From Camelus ferus (Eukaryota): a stretch of 64,000 bases of DNA. The stretch covers positions 67,148,001 to 67,212,000 of the forward strand of contig NC_045696.1 in NCBI RefSeq assembly GCF_009834535.1, read 5' to 3'. The position numbers and the translations under genes are program-made. Under the pieces are notes generated by a model. That model made no database searches. It was not told the DNA's origin and saw only the letters and a program-made list of their open reading frames with translations. Shown piece by piece: positions 12,655 to 25,760 of this stretch. How positions within the stretch are numbered: position 1 is the stretch's first letter; the number at the start of each line of letters is the position of its first letter.

Positions 12655-13075
12655 TGTTTGTGTCAAACTCTGTTGACTAGCAAATCAAAAGTCATTAACA
12701 ACCTCCTTTTCCTCAGCCATCCTCATAAAGAAATCTAAAAAGCTAAAATACTTGATTTCTTTGTTTAGGAATGGGTCACTCTTCTGGACAATGAGATATA
12801 GGTCAAATTCCTCAAGGAAGACTTTCTTCCCAAAATGAAAAGGAAAGCCTCAAAGGGAGAAACACTCTTTGCCTCTTCCTCCTTCCCCTGTCTTCCTGTC
12901 TGAAGTGAGGCCAGGAGGTGCAGCGCCATCCTTCCCATGAGGTGACAGGCAGAATGCCGTGGTCTTCAAGTGAAGTACCACAGAATGGGAAGACGAAAGG
13001 AGGCTGAATGCCTGATGGCCTCAGGAGCCACCATAGATGCCAGCCCTGAACTTTTCAGTGTTTAAGCCACTGATA
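12655..13075 (+). mobile_element. ERVL-type solo LTR (LTR33/LTR16-like)
   Basis: aagctaaaatacttg...ttctggacaatgagatata...gaggccaggaggtgcagcgccatcc...catgaggtgacaggc...gcctgatggcctcaggagccacc...tgtttaagccactg. Confidence 0.6.
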
Positions 13076-13094
13076 ATCTTCGCAGCTACAAAAA

Positions 13095-13530
13095 TCCCTA
13101 CAATGAAACCACCCAAGCTCACCTAAATAAAAAGAGCTTATTATAAGGATACAGAGATCTCTGCCGAAACTTGGTAGAGAAATGCAGCCTGGCTTCCTAA
13201 GAAATAGACAACAGGAAGTAGAAAGCTGCCCAGGAACCCAGACACCTGTCCCATCTCCCTCTGTCCCGGGCCACATGGTCTGTTATGACTAAACTCTCTG
13301 CGCAGCCTCATCATTATTCTCTCTTTGGAAAGAGGCCAGAGACCTTCCTCTGCCTCCATGTATGTGGCTGGCCTCCAAGTCTAAGGTGCCATGTATTTTC
13401 TCATTCTACTACCAATCCCAATTCTCAATTCCCACCTAGTGTCTTTCAGTTCCAATCCCTAGTGCCTGGATGGGAGAATATGATTGATCCTGCCTGGAAG
13501 AGATATCTGCTCCCATGACCTGGGTGTGGG
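13095..13530 (-). mobile_element. MaLR LTR remnant (MLT1-like)
   Basis: gaaaccacccaagctcacctaaataaaaagagcttattataaggatac...ttccaatccctagtgcctggatgggagaatatgattg. Confidence 0.5.
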
Positions 13531-13554
13531 GCTAACGCAGAGTAAACATTTACT

Positions 13555-14040
13555 GACTTAGTTTCAGTCAACTACTATTTATTGAGCTCTTACTCCAGGC
13601 TGGCACTTTCTAGACCCCAGGGACACAACAGTGAACCAAAACAAGTCCCAGCTCTTGTGGAGCTCACCCTCTGGCTCATGAAGTCAGGCAAGAAACAAAC
13701 AAATATATGATATGTGGTGGAAATGTATGGTATTTTAAAAAAAAAAAAAAAGGGTAAAGCAAAAAATCAATACAACAGGGAGAATTATTTTTTTTTCCAT
13801 AAGGTGATCTGGGTTCTGGGAAAATGATATTTAAACAGAAATTGAAAGAAAATGAGGGATTGATCCATAAGCTGTCTGAGGAATGGCATTCAAGGCAGAA
13901 AGGACAGCAAATTCAGGGACCCTGAAATGAGTGTTTGCTTGGCATTTTTTAAGAAACACCAAAGAAGCTAGCATATCTTCTGCAGGGTGAGTTAGGGGGC
14001 AAGTTATAGCAGATAAGTCAAGTTAGGGGTCAGACTGTAC
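13555..14040 (-). mobile_element. L2 LINE 3' end
   Basis: caactactatttattgagctcttactccaggctggcactttctagaccccagggacacaacagtgaaccaaaacaagtcccagctcttgtggagctcac. Confidence 0.8.
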
Positions 14041-14104
14041 CTTCTGAAGCTCCACCTTTGAAAGCAGAGCCCTTACACAAGCAAGACTGAAATGGGCTGG
14101 ACAA

Positions 14105-14398
14105 CAACTAATACAGAAAACAAAATATGGTTACCAAAGAGGAAAGGTGGGGAGGGATAAATTAGGAGTTTGGTATTAACAGATACACATTACTACATAT
14201 AAAATAGATAAACAATAGGACCTATTGTATAGCACAAGAAACTAAAGTCAATTTCTTACAATAAACTATAATGGAAAAAGAATCTGAAAATATATGAATT
14301 ATATATGTATGTATGTATATAACTGAATCACTTTGCTGTACACCTGAAACTAACATTGTAAATCAACTACATTTCAATAAAAATAAATTTTTAAAAAA
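14105..14398 (+). mobile_element. L1 3' UTR fragment (cetartiodactyl type)
   Basis: atggttaccaaagaggaaaggtggggagggataaattaggagtttggtattaacagatacac...gctgtacacctgaaactaacattgtaaatcaactacatttcaataaaa. Confidence 0.9.
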
Positions 14399-14504
14399 GC
14401 TAATAAACTGATAAAAGTAGACTAAAGTACTTAGAAAAAATAAATCACCGTATGTGGAGTGTCAGAGAACTCTTCTACAGAGAAAGTACAAGGCGGAATT
14501 AAAT

Positions 14505-14720
14505 AAAAGGTAGACCATGGGCTTTAGAGTCATGAGTTTAAAGACCTGAGTTTAAATCCTACCTGGACCACTAGAACTGCAGCACCTTGAACAAGCGAAT
14601 CACCCTCTTTGACTTTCAGGTATAACAGAGTTAACACCCACCTTAAAAGATTATTGTTTGAATGAGATAAATTATGCACAGTGCCTGTGGTATTTACACA
14701 CAGAAAGTCTCTATAAAGGA
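14505..14720 (+). mobile_element. MIR SINE
   Basis: atgggctttagagtca...agacctgagtttaaatcct...accttgaacaagcgaatcaccctcttt. Confidence 0.7.
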
Positions 14721-15459
14721 AGAGTTCTATGATCAGAGGACTTTGGGAAAGCTTTCTCTCTTTTAGACATTCTCAACGCACATTAGTCCAATGACATTCT
14801 GGATGGGTATCAGGAAGAGATCTAACTGACTTTATGCAGTCTAATGTTTCTTCATTGACTTGGAGCGCCAGACACCTCTTTTAGGTGTGTGATTCTGTGG
14901 AACACATGGGGTTGGACATTCTGGAAGAGCCCTTCCCTCTCTGACACAGAAAAGCTGCAGTGCACTCACCAAATGGAGCCCTACAGCACCACAGATCCAC
15001 CGTCCATAGATCTGGGTCCTGGCAGGTCTTGGAGAGAAAGATTGACAAGTCAAATCCATCTACATTTTTCAAACTTCTTGTAATACCCTTCTTCTCCCAA
15101 CAACATGACAACTGGTATTATAGAAGAATAACCAAGTTTGTACTTAAGAAAAAGTGGGGAATTTGAAAGGGAAAGAAAAAAATGAGGGGAGAAGACATGG
15201 AAAGTTTTCTTCCTGAAGTTAACAGAGCAACACTGATCAAGAACTAGGGAACATGAGTTGGACCACATCGGATACCTGCCCTCATAATATCTGTGCATCC
15301 ATCTTTTGTTGAATGTCCTTGATCTGCCCTGCTTTTAATACACTTCTGGTCATAGGAGAATGAAGGATGTCTCCAGTAATCTCATCTGTTGCAAAAAACT
15401 GGCAGAGTCTAAAGCATTAATCCCTCTTTCCAGATCTTTGATTTATTTCACACACAAGT

Positions 15460-15620
15460 TGGGTTTGGATCCTGGCTCTGCTAGTTTCTAGCTCTGTGAT
15501 CTAAGCAAGTTACTTAATCTCCCCATGCCTTACTTTTCTTGTTTCTAGTAAGAAGAGAATAATTTTTACCTCCCAGGGTTGTCATGAGGATTAAATGAAA
15601 CAGTGGGTGTGACTACTATG
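15460..15620 (+). mobile_element. MIR SINE
   Basis: gggtttggatcctggctctgctagtttctagctctgtgatctaagcaagttacttaatctc...cagggttgtcatgaggattaaatga. Confidence 0.85.
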
Positions 15621-15839
15621 ATCAGTTTTAACAGATGTTTATGGAATGACGGACTGGTCACTGCCAACCATTCTCCATCATGAAAATACCTTCTCTCTTG
15701 ACTTCCATGACTTTATTCAATATTGTTTTTAAGGAAATTGTTGAAAACATAAATTTCATAATCAGTAAACTCTAACTGCATTCACTTACTCTATATAGTA
15801 GAATAGTAAAGCATATTTATTAAAAAATAAAGCACTCTA

Positions 15840-15997
15840 GCACTCTAGCAGGGAACTATATTCAATATCTTATAGTAACCTTTAATAAAAAAGAATATGA
15901 AAAGGAATACATGTATATATACACGCATGACTGGGACATTTGCTGTGCACCAGAAATAGACACATTTTAACTGACTATACTTCAATAAAAAATTAAT
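15840..15997 (+). mobile_element. 5'-truncated L1 3' end with ~19-bp TSD
   Basis: gcagggaactatattcaatatcttatagtaacc...tgctgtgcaccagaaatagacacattttaactgactatacttcaataaaa. TSD taaaaaataaagca(c/t)tcta at 15821-15839 and 15998-16016. Confidence 0.9.
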
Positions 15998-16899
15998 TAA
16001 AAAATAAAGCATTCTAATTCATAGCATTGAAATTCCCCAAAAAAAATCATATTACAAGAAAATCATATTTTGTTCATTTATTTTCATTATTGATATAAAA
16101 GAAAAGATTCATTGGCTTTTTGAAAGAAAATCCAGAATAAAACCTAAGAGTCACATAAGAGGCATTCCAAGTACTAAACTCTGAAAGAAGCTGAATACCT
16201 ATTTAATGGAACTGAAAATTATTAGCAGTCTGTCAGGTCTAAGATGTCCCACTACTTTAAAAAATAGGCACAAACATGAGGCACAAATAATTGAGGTTTG
16301 ATATAAAAATGAAAATGAATGATTGAGGAACTCCAAAGCCTTTAATAATTAAGACATAGACCTTCTGGTAATTTAAATTATGGGCGAGGTAACTCAGACT
16401 GAATACATTAATTCACCTTGAGAGTGGGTTGACTTAAAGTTTCCTTTTTAGATATGCATGGTTTACTCAGTAATAATAATAAAAGACAACCACAAAATTC
16501 CACGTATACAGCATCACTCCCTCTAAACCAGCCCCAGCATGCCAGGTTGCAAAGCTCTTAAACCCACACACCAAGAGTTTAACTTGGGCTTGGCTGGGGG
16601 ACTTGGACGGGACTTTCACTATTCAGACACAGAAAATATTAATTAACATGAAATCTGTCATTATCTTCCCATCGCCCTTCCACATCCTCATCTCACCTAT
16701 CTGATCCTTTCTCTCTCCAGCCAGCAAAACGAAAGGCAGTGATTTGCTGAGTGGGTTGTGGTTTCACTGGAAAAGAAAAGGGGCCAGCTGTGTATACCTA
16801 TTTGCAGTAATCAAAACAAGGAGATGGGAAAGATAGTCCTTGAAGTGCCCGCAAGATAGTTTGGTAGAAAATCCAGAAATTATGATTTCTTTAGAGCAG

Positions 16900-17090
16900 C
16901 TACAAAAGAAAGTCAGAGAAGAAGACAGATTGAAACAGAGAGAGATGAAGAGAGAGCGAGGGAGAAAGAGAGAGAGTGAGAGGATGATTGAGAGAGGGGG
17001 AGAGAGAAGTAACTGCCAAAAGAGGCTTAGAGACAAAGAATGAGATAGAGGAAAGAGATCCAAGAAGAAATGAGATAAAAACAAAATAAG
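16900..17090 (+). repeat. GA-rich low-complexity tract
   Basis: gagagagatgaagagagagcgagggagaaagagagagagtgag...; this tract generates the spurious Leu/Ser-rich minus-strand ORF. Confidence 0.85.
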
Positions 17091-17694
17091 GCTGAAAACC
17101 ACGTGTCTAATGCCCTCTCCCCCACACTCTCTGCTTTTGGAACTGCGTGTCCAGGCAGATAAAGGTGTGCAGAAGCAGCAACCAGAGTTGGCCTGGCATC
17201 CTGAAAGAACACACAAAACGCCTACAAGATTTGACTTCAGGAGCACCTGGATGACCCGCTGCCCAAAATAATACCATTCATCCACTGGCTGATGCTTAAA
17301 GTTCCACTGTCTGTGCTTCATTTATTTTGGAAAGCACTGTGATGCCTACTGACATGGCTCTGGGTTGGGGAACTCTTCTAGCCTGTTTGCAACTATTGAT
17401 AATTTCCTTGTGGGTGACTTTCAAGGTCTTTCCTGGCTGCTGGCTTGGACCCAGGGGAAAGAAGATAAAATATAAAGCTAGTAGACACCCGAGCAGGAAA
17501 AAGAGTCAAATCAGAAAGCTAAAGTTATTGAGGACAAAATTGGCCTGCTCAACTAGTGCTCCATCCTTGTGAAACCCAGGCTTACAATGAATATTTGATC
17601 TATATTTAGAAAGTACTGAAGATGAAAAAAAGTTACATTTTGATTTTATATTTATAAAATTATATATGGTCCTCCCAGACTTCCACATATGTGA

Positions 17695-17943
17695 GAAGCA
17701 ATATTTTTTGGTATTTAGGAGAACAGAATTTGGGGCCAGACTCCTGGGTTTAAACCCAGATCTACCACTTAATTATTAACTGTGTTTCTTTGGATCAGTT
17801 ACTTAACCTCTCTGTTCATCAGTTTCCTCATTCACAAAATGAGGTTAATTAATAGTATTTACCTCGTAGGATATATGTAAATGTATGTAAAGCCTCATAA
17901 CAGCATCTGGTCCACAGTAAGTCCTATCACGTGTTAGCTGTTG
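17695..17943 (+). mobile_element. Near full-length MIR SINE
   Basis: ggggccagactcctgggtttaaacccagatctaccactt...agttacttaacctctctgttcatcagtttcctcattcacaaaatgagg...gtaaagcctcataacagcatctggtccacagtaag. Confidence 0.9.
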
Positions 17944-18699
17944 GGCCTGAATTGGGTCATACATTCATGCCTCAAGCCTTCATTACCAAGAAAGGAAGTT
18001 TGCCAGTCATTCCTCTCAAGGGCTAGAGATCACCTGCTCTGAATCACACAACTTCTCAGAAGAACATCAATAGTAAATAAAGTTGGTTCCACCTAGAATA
18101 GATGAAGAGGGTAAGTGGTGGTTGGGCAGGCAGTTGACAGTGGTTGCTACCTGAATCACACCCATCAATCCTTATTAAGGCCCCATAATGCAGATCTCAG
18201 CATCCCCATACTACAGAGACTCTAAGGTTCAGAGCAGTTGACGTGCCTAAGGTAATGGAAATAGCAATGGTAGGGCTGGTACTCTAGACCAGGCTGCTTG
18301 CAAGTCCCGTGTTCTCTCCATTACACCCGTCCACTCCACTTCAGTGGACCATCCAAGGCTTCTCCAAGTCTCCATTTGCACAGCTTTCCTTTAGCCCTAG
18401 GGAGGCCCATGTGGAAAGGATGTACGTCCTTGTCTCTATGCTACAACTTAGGAGAGTAGGAAGATGGGAGAAGTGGGTGAGAAGGACATAAAAAAGAGCC
18501 GCAAGTTCTTCACTTCTTATTATTAATACATCTATAAAACGAACTAGGTTTGAGCCTCATTCCACTCACAACACTCACATTTTTTTTTCCCTAAAAGCTG
18601 AAAAGGCATTAGAAGTATCTTAGGTGCTTACAAATAAGAAAGAAATGATATGAATTTTGATGCACTTTTGATAGACCTTGACTTATTTTTCTAATATTT

Positions 18700-19250
18700 T
18701 CCATGATGATAGGTCTTACCAAGTTCTCTTCTTCCTGACTTAGTGTGTGCATTTTATATGTTAGCAAGAAATCACCTGTTCCTTTCAGATGTCAAGTATT
18801 TTCCCATGGAATCATTTGTGGTGTTTTCTTATGATTATTTTAACCTCTTCTCCAACAGTGGTTCTGTCTCTTCTTCATTCCTAATTTTAGCAATTTTTGC
18901 CTCACATTAGTGATTTTAGGGCCTAATATTCTGCTTTCATATTAATGATAGCTTTGTCTTCCTTTTTTTTCCCTTAAAATGAATCAAGTTTTAGATGATT
19001 TGTTTGTTTATTGCACTTACTTCTACTGTTATTTTTATTAATTTTTATTTTCTCTTCTTTTCTTTTTACTTTAATGTTGCTTCTCTGTTTTACAAATATG
19101 AGAACCAGGTAATTTTTAAATAGTTTCTTTTTTGTAATGAACATATGAAAAGCTCTGCTGACTAGGCCACATGTCCTTCTAAAATTTACTGCATCCCATA
19201 GGCTATGATATATATTTTTTCCTAACTATTATTTGAAGTACATTTTTTTC
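18700..19250 (-). mobile_element. Ancient L1 (L1M-type) remnant
   Basis: T-rich segment with tcttcttcattcctaattttagcaattt...aatcaagttttag...actgcatcccatagg, typical of antisense L1 ORF2. Confidence 0.5.
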
Positions 19251-19839
19251 CCCTATACTTTGAAAGGCTCAATGGGCCCAAAGCTAAGTAGAACTCACTC
19301 CATCATCTGAAATATCTTTTGGTCTAACATGGTGAGAGTTCCGTAAACAGCTGGCACTGATATAGGATTTATAGTAACAGCAAAATCCCCAAGTAGCGGA
19401 AAAGAAAGTGTATTCATACCACTACTCCTTCCTGTCCTCTGCAATAGGAATCCCACCCAACCACTGAGATCACAGGAAGCTGCAGATCCAGCTCAGAGAC
19501 CTTCTGGATGAAGACATGTGGTTAAATAGAATATTCAAAATATTCTAACTCCTTCTTTAGAGATCTCTTCTTCTAATTGCTTTGTCTATCTGAAGGACTA
19601 CACCCAGTTTATCCTTTCATTCATACATTCCTCCTCCGTAACTTTCCTTAAACACCTCGTTGGAGGAAATCACCTCTCCGTTCCATTCAAAGTTACAATC
19701 TACAGGTTGATGTCTCTAGACACAGTGTGGAGTAAGCAGTCGGGATTCTGCCGCTGTGTGATGGATCAGCTTACGTCATTTCTCCTCCAGACTGGACAGC
19801 TTCCTTTGTTTTCATAACTGAATCAGTGAGGTTTTTCAT

Positions 19840-20095
19840 GCTACCTTTCATTGAGGGCTTACTATGTGCCTGTCATATTAAATACTTTATATACATCATT
19901 TACTTAATCCTTACAACAACCTTTTAGACAAGGAAAAACATGCCTATTTTACAGACAAGGAAAATAAAACTCAAAGAGGCTAAATAACTCACACGATTTA
20001 GGAAGAATTCCTCCAAACAGAAAGTGGCAGAGCCACAGTTTAAATATGGGTCCACCTAACTCCAAAGGCAATGCTCTTAGCCACTGGGTTATACC
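19840..20095 (-). mobile_element. MIR SINE
   Basis: cattgagggcttactatgtgcc...catttacttaatccttacaacaac...cctattttacagacaaggaaaat...aagtggcagagccacagtttaaa. Confidence 0.85.
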
Positions 20096-20291
20096 TGCCT
20101 TTTGCTGCACCCTAATCACATTGCAAAATAGATTAGAGAACATTCTCGATTGCCTGAAATCTGTAGACTTACCAGGTGTGCCCTCTGCCTTCAGCTGAAT
20201 CATGCACGGGAACGCTGAACAGGACAGAACAGGACCTTGCTATGAGCCACCAGGACTATCCTCCACCGCACTAACTGTCCACCCTCTAGAG

Positions 20292-20518
20292 TAGGGGTTG
20301 ACAAACCAAGGTCTACAGCTAAATCTGTCCCACTGCCTGTTATTATCGAAAAAAAGCTTTCTTGTCACACAGCCACATCCATTTATTTATGTATTGTCTA
20401 TGGCTGCTTTTACTCTATAACAGCAAAGTTGAGTCGTGTGATAGAAACTATGGTCCATAAAGTATAAAATGTTTACGACCTATTCCTTTAGTAAGAGAAA
20501 ACGTTTGCTGGCTTCCAG
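20292..20518 (+). mobile_element. MER58A-like hAT-Charlie DNA transposon
   Basis: taggggttgacaaac...acacagccacatccatttatttatgtattgtctatggctgctttt...agcaaagttgagt...aaaatgtttac...gtttgctggcttccag. Confidence 0.85.
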
Positions 20519-22719
20519 CCTGGAGCATACTTGACCTCAGGTATATCTTGAAAGGTTTGGAATTTTATGGAATGAACTTGTGGAATTTTGTGATTTTTTA
20601 TCCTACGTACACACTTCCTAAGAACACCAAGCAGAGGTGCTCACACTTCTGTCCTTCCTTGATGCCACATCCAACCTGATTTAACGAGCACATGGGTGAT
20701 AATGAGATGGAGAGAAACAGGTATTCCTCATAGCTTCATTTCCCACGTTAATGACATGGGGCCTTATGGATCCGGATGGACAATGTGCTCAGTCTGTAAG
20801 TCAATCCATTTCCCAGCATCAGCTTCTGGCACCTCACCCTGGGTTAGAAGACCCAAGACTCCTGCTGATCCCCAGATCCCTGATGCTCTCACCTCACCCA
20901 GGAGAGTGGCGATCACCACCCAAATGCTCGCCTTAGGGACACTTGATCTGATGATCCAAACAATAAGTTACCCAGGCCCTTTGCTGCTCCTGAGCCTTGG
21001 AGTCATGGAACCATTTTTCTCCACAAAGAAAGAACATCACTAGAAGAAAAGGTGCCAAGCCTAAATCAAGCAAGCAGGGGCATGAGGAAGGGCACGGCAC
21101 TAGAGGCCTTTGATATAAGGGACTGTCCTCTTCAAAGAGGGTCAGTCAGACTGGAGACAGAAAGCCTGAGAAATCATATGTTCCCAAATCGGAAACACGT
21201 TTACAGATATGAAGAGTTAGGCTTCCATTTGGCTACAGAGGCAAAAGAAGCACTGATGGGGCGGATTTGGCAAAACAGAAATTTCTCAGAGTTATACGTC
21301 ATTAAAAATGGAACAGGCTGCTTGAGGAGGTAGTGAGTTCCCCATTTCTGAGCACATCGGAGCAGACACGAATCTCCCTCTGCCGGCTAACAGCGATTCC
21401 AACATAGACTATGGACCCGGACTAGCAAAGCTGAAAAGTACACTCTAATCCATGGACTGATGCTACCCATGCCCTTCATGGTATTTGCTTTGAGGTTGCC
21501 CATACACGGTTTTCCATCAGTTGATCTCCCAAGTGGATTAATGGGCTTTCAGGAGTATTTCAAGCCATAAATGTTCATTTAATCTTCTATATTCTGTCCA
21601 TTGGTTTAACATGTGCATACTGTGCAGTCTTAGTTACTCCCACATTTTCATTTGGGGAGGCTTGAGTTACAAATAAAAAACACACATTAAAGAAAAAGTT
21701 TGCTTCTACTGGAATAGAGCGGTATCGTGTTCCCATTCTTAACTTCACCCTACTATCTGCATTCTTTTCTCCACCAAACTTTCCGACAACCCAAATCAGT
21801 TCTTCTCCTTACTTTGAATGTAGTGTTTTTCTGAAACATGTACATGGTTTTGAGATCCCCCTGGATCTCAGAGTAGGGGGTGTTGTGTGTGCATACATGC
21901 ATCTTTAAGGTGGCCCTTCATAGCCAGATGATTATAGTTGGGACAAAAGCAGCATATGGCCTTACCACCATCTCACACTCAATGCCCTGAAAGCCCTAGG
22001 AGGGCTGGGAACCATAGGGGAAGCTGCCTTGGTTGGGCAGAAAGCCACAAGGCTACATGTTTCACATAGACCTCCTGTTCCATGTTATTTCCTCTCTATC
22101 TTTCTGTTGCCAAACCACCAGAGTTCAGCTAATTCCTCCTCCAGCAGCGTCTCACCCAGCGCTGCAATTACAGTGGAGACAGAAATGGAGTTGGAAGTGA
22201 AGTAATGAGGAGGCAGAGAGAGGAGGCCACTGTGATTCATCCCTAAAGCATGTGGGGTCATTAAATGTACGTACGCGGTCCAGTAATCACTAATTTTACC
22301 CACTAAGTTAAAAAAAAAGGAGAAAGAAATGAAAATTAGGTGTTTGGAGAAAACCCTACCTCTGTTGGTCTCTTCCTGAGGAAGCAGTTTGCTTAAGGGG
22401 GCATGCACATGTTCCGAGAAGAGGGCCAAACCTGTCATCATAAACAGTCCCAAGGTACTATTTAGAACATCCAGAGCCAAGGCAAGGAATTTTTAACAAG
22501 ATCTGGTTTTTACACTTTACAGTTAATACATATGATCGTTTGGCCTTAGACAACAACACTTTAAAATGAGCTCCAGGCTATATTTGGCCACTTATCCTAC
22601 GGCCTGAAACTTTCCGGGAGAGAAGAAGGTGAAACTATGACATCATAACCCAAGCATTTTGCTCATGGCCCGGTTTTATGGAATTTGCTTATTCTGCTTT
22701 TCGGTAGTCACTCAGCACT

Positions 22720-23910
22720 GAAGTCCACATATTTCCCCTGAACCAGCTTCTCCTGACTGCTACATTCCCCAACAATAGTAGCATCGTCTTCCTGGCCTCC
22801 CAGACTTCCAATTGTTGCCATTTTTAACTCCTTTCCTCATTCTCTTCCACTTCTGCAATTCTCACCCGCTCCTCACTTCCAGCATCAAAACAAGATCCGC
22901 AGCTGCTGCTTCTTTCACAGCGGTCATCACCTCTTCATCCTCACAGCCATCGCAATAGTCCAGGCTATCCTCACTTACCTACCGTATTACAGCAGCCTCC
23001 TAAGTGGCCTCCCTGCCTCCCTCCCCCATCCCTCTGTCCCCATCCCCACGCTCAGCTCTCTCTTCCCAGTGTTCCTTGCGTCAATGATCATGTAAACTGT
23101 GTCAAGGTCTTATTGGAGCAGAACTCATTTTCTCCAGCTAGATAATCCTTACCCAATCCTTAAGGTTCATTCCCTTTAAGAAACCTTCCATAATCCCCTA
23201 GTTATATGAACAAGATGTCCCTCTTAATACTCATAACTGTATTAAAATAAATGTATTTGCCTCTCCTTGCTGAAGACGTGGTTTGAGATTGCCCATTTTC
23301 TTTCTTTGAATTCTGAATAGTTTATACATTGCCTGACCTATACAGGGCATTTCAAAAATTTTTTGGTAGATGGATGGACTTTCTCATGTAAAATTCAGTA
23401 GTAGCTCCATTGCCACCAAGCAAGTACAGACACTGTATACTGGCGTTCAAATCCTCCCTCCTTTATCTGGCCCCATCTCTAGCCTTATCATTCCCTATGC
23501 ATTCATTATACTGAAGCAAAACTACATCCACTCACTATTCTCTGTCTTCTGCTGCTCTTTCTTAACCACGTGGCTTTCTTCTTGCTGCACCTTCAACCGG
23601 GGACAACCTCTTCCCCTAACCCTCTCTTTACATCCCAGTTCCCTTCCTTCAAAGTCATGTCATATATTACTTCCATTATGTTCCCCAAATACAGCCACAG
23701 CTGTATGGATTCTCTCTTTGGTGTCAACTCCTTTCCAATAGCATAAGCTTCCTGCACCTTAAAGCAGAGCTGTTCATATACTCAAGTTAGCTCCTGCAAA
23801 TGCACCTTTTAGAGCAGGGACCATGTCCCTTAGCTCTATGTCACTATGACACGTAACAGAGTGATACACATGTACTCATACCCAATACATGCTTATTCTA
23901 TTTGAACAGA
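22720..23910 (+). mobile_element. L2 LINE remnants (two 3' segments)
   Basis: agcagcctcctaagtggcctccctgcctcc...; gagcagggaccatgtccc...ccaatacatgcttatt. Confidence 0.6.
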
Positions 23911-25519
23911 TCATTTGAACCTTGAAATATTACTTTTATGCATGCTGCTCATTATCTGAGCCAAATTATCAAACAGAAGCTTGATTTTGGAGGAGTTCAG
24001 TCAAAAAGGAAAAGGTTTCAAGCCTCCCTGTGGGTGATGTGTGTTTCATTCTCTTCTTCCTAGAGCCAAAAGCCATAAATATGTGCAGTGCCTTACCCTC
24101 AATAAATATTTGATAAATGAATAGTTTTGTGGCTTATAATTATCACAGTCAATAATGAACTTCACTTTTATACATACATCAAAATTCACTAAATTCCCTA
24201 GATAGGCTCTTGAGAAAACTTAGTGGCCCTCATTTGTTTTATAAGAAATATAGATCACAATTCATTGTAAGGTAGGAATTGAAAGCTATTCATATGTTCT
24301 CAAATATGATCAAAATGAGTCAACTCTCTCCAAAACAATTGATGAGAAATACTGATTGCAAAGTTGAAGGACAAGCTTCATTTCCCTGAATCTAGAGGGG
24401 AAGAAAAAATAAGAGGAGGTAGCAAATCCTGGGGATTCTTTGGCAAAAAAAAAAAAAAATTGAATCAATGGTGCAAGTTTACTGAAATTACACTGGGAAA
24501 TCTATATTCTGATGACATAGTTTCAGAGAATATTCACTGCTCCTACCTCAGTCCCATGACTAAATTACTACTCTCCCCACCACACACGAGTCGTTCAAAA
24601 TCCGAAAATCAATGAGTTCACTGTCCCTTTGAGTCCACGTTCTCATTGTAGTTCTGCAGAATTGGCTGAAGCAGGTAAGAGTAATACCTAATTCAGACTT
24701 CTCAATGACTTCTCAAGTCTCAAAGAGTTTTCAGACCCCTGAGTTGGGGGCATTAGCCCTTTCTCTAAAAATCCCTCCAAGGATGAGTGGGAAAAAATTG
24801 TAGTGCGAGAATTTTCAAAAAAAGGATTTGAGGGATCAAGGCATTTGGGGTACAAAATAACCTATCATCAGGCCATCTTCAATATACATATTTTTCACTG
24901 GCTTCTAGACAAACAACATTATTTCCACATAGGAGTGGGCAGACACTGCCTTAGTCATCTTTTTTGTACTGGTCAATGGAAAGATCCCAGGGGCAACTTG
25001 CCATTTGCCTGGGCACGTTTAAAATTTCTGTGGGTTTCTCTAAATGTGCTTTTAATTCAATGCTTTTTAATTTAATACTGAGAACAGTTCAGACACAAGC
25101 TAAGGGTCACCCCAGTGCAGGTACAAACTGTGGAAGAGCTGTCTCAGTGAGACTTGATAAGGCCAGGATACAGGGAGAATTAAGGGCTGATTTGCTATTC
25201 TAGGCTGACCAGTGAGGAATAGAAATAAAGAGGAGGGCAAAACTGGGAGATCCATCAGATAAGTGCACCAACTGCTCATTTTAACATGTCAAGGACTAGT
25301 ACACGAAATGGTACCACTTGCATCCTCTACTATGGGAAATGGGTTGATGTGTTCCATGTCTCACAAGGACAATACAGAAAAACTGGCATTAGACCTTAAG
25401 TCTCCTGAGTCAGTCTATGACTTCCAAATTTGCACTGCCTGTCACATCCTAGAGGTACAGTCAACCTGCAGAGGATAGCGATGAAGGACACAAAAACTTG
25501 ATTTTCAGACTCTTTGGGA

Positions 25520-25760
25520 CTATCTTTCCTGCCCTCCTCATCTGCGTAAGAGGCTCTCCTCTGGGTCCCCACAGGACTTCCGTGTTTTCACATAGCAGCA
25601 ATTGCTACATCATACTGTAACTGACATTTTACTTTTCGCACTCTTCAACCATACTATAAGCCCCTGAGGGGAAAAAGGATACCATATTCTGCCTCTCTAG
25701 AGCTCAGCACAGTGTTTGACCTCTAATAGGAACTAAATACTTGTTGAATTAATGAACCAA
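25520..25760 (+). mobile_element. L2 3' end
   Basis: actataagcccctgagggg...gctcagcacagtgtttgacctctaataggaactaaatacttgttgaattaatgaa. Confidence 0.75.

Noticed and set aside
16764..17321. 185-aa minus-strand ORF
   Set aside because: Runs through a GA/TC low-complexity tract giving Leu/Ser/Phe runs; no recognisable domain.
18337..18351. Minus strand encodes WSTEV, a pentapeptide I recall from the next TPRG1 exon
   Set aside because: Flanking codons (LG...EWT) do not match the expected NP...PYA, and no exon-length similarity is evident; chance match.
22398..22414. GGGCATGCACATGTTC double CATG
   Set aside because: Cores are 6 bp apart, not the 10 bp needed for a p53/p63 tetramer site.
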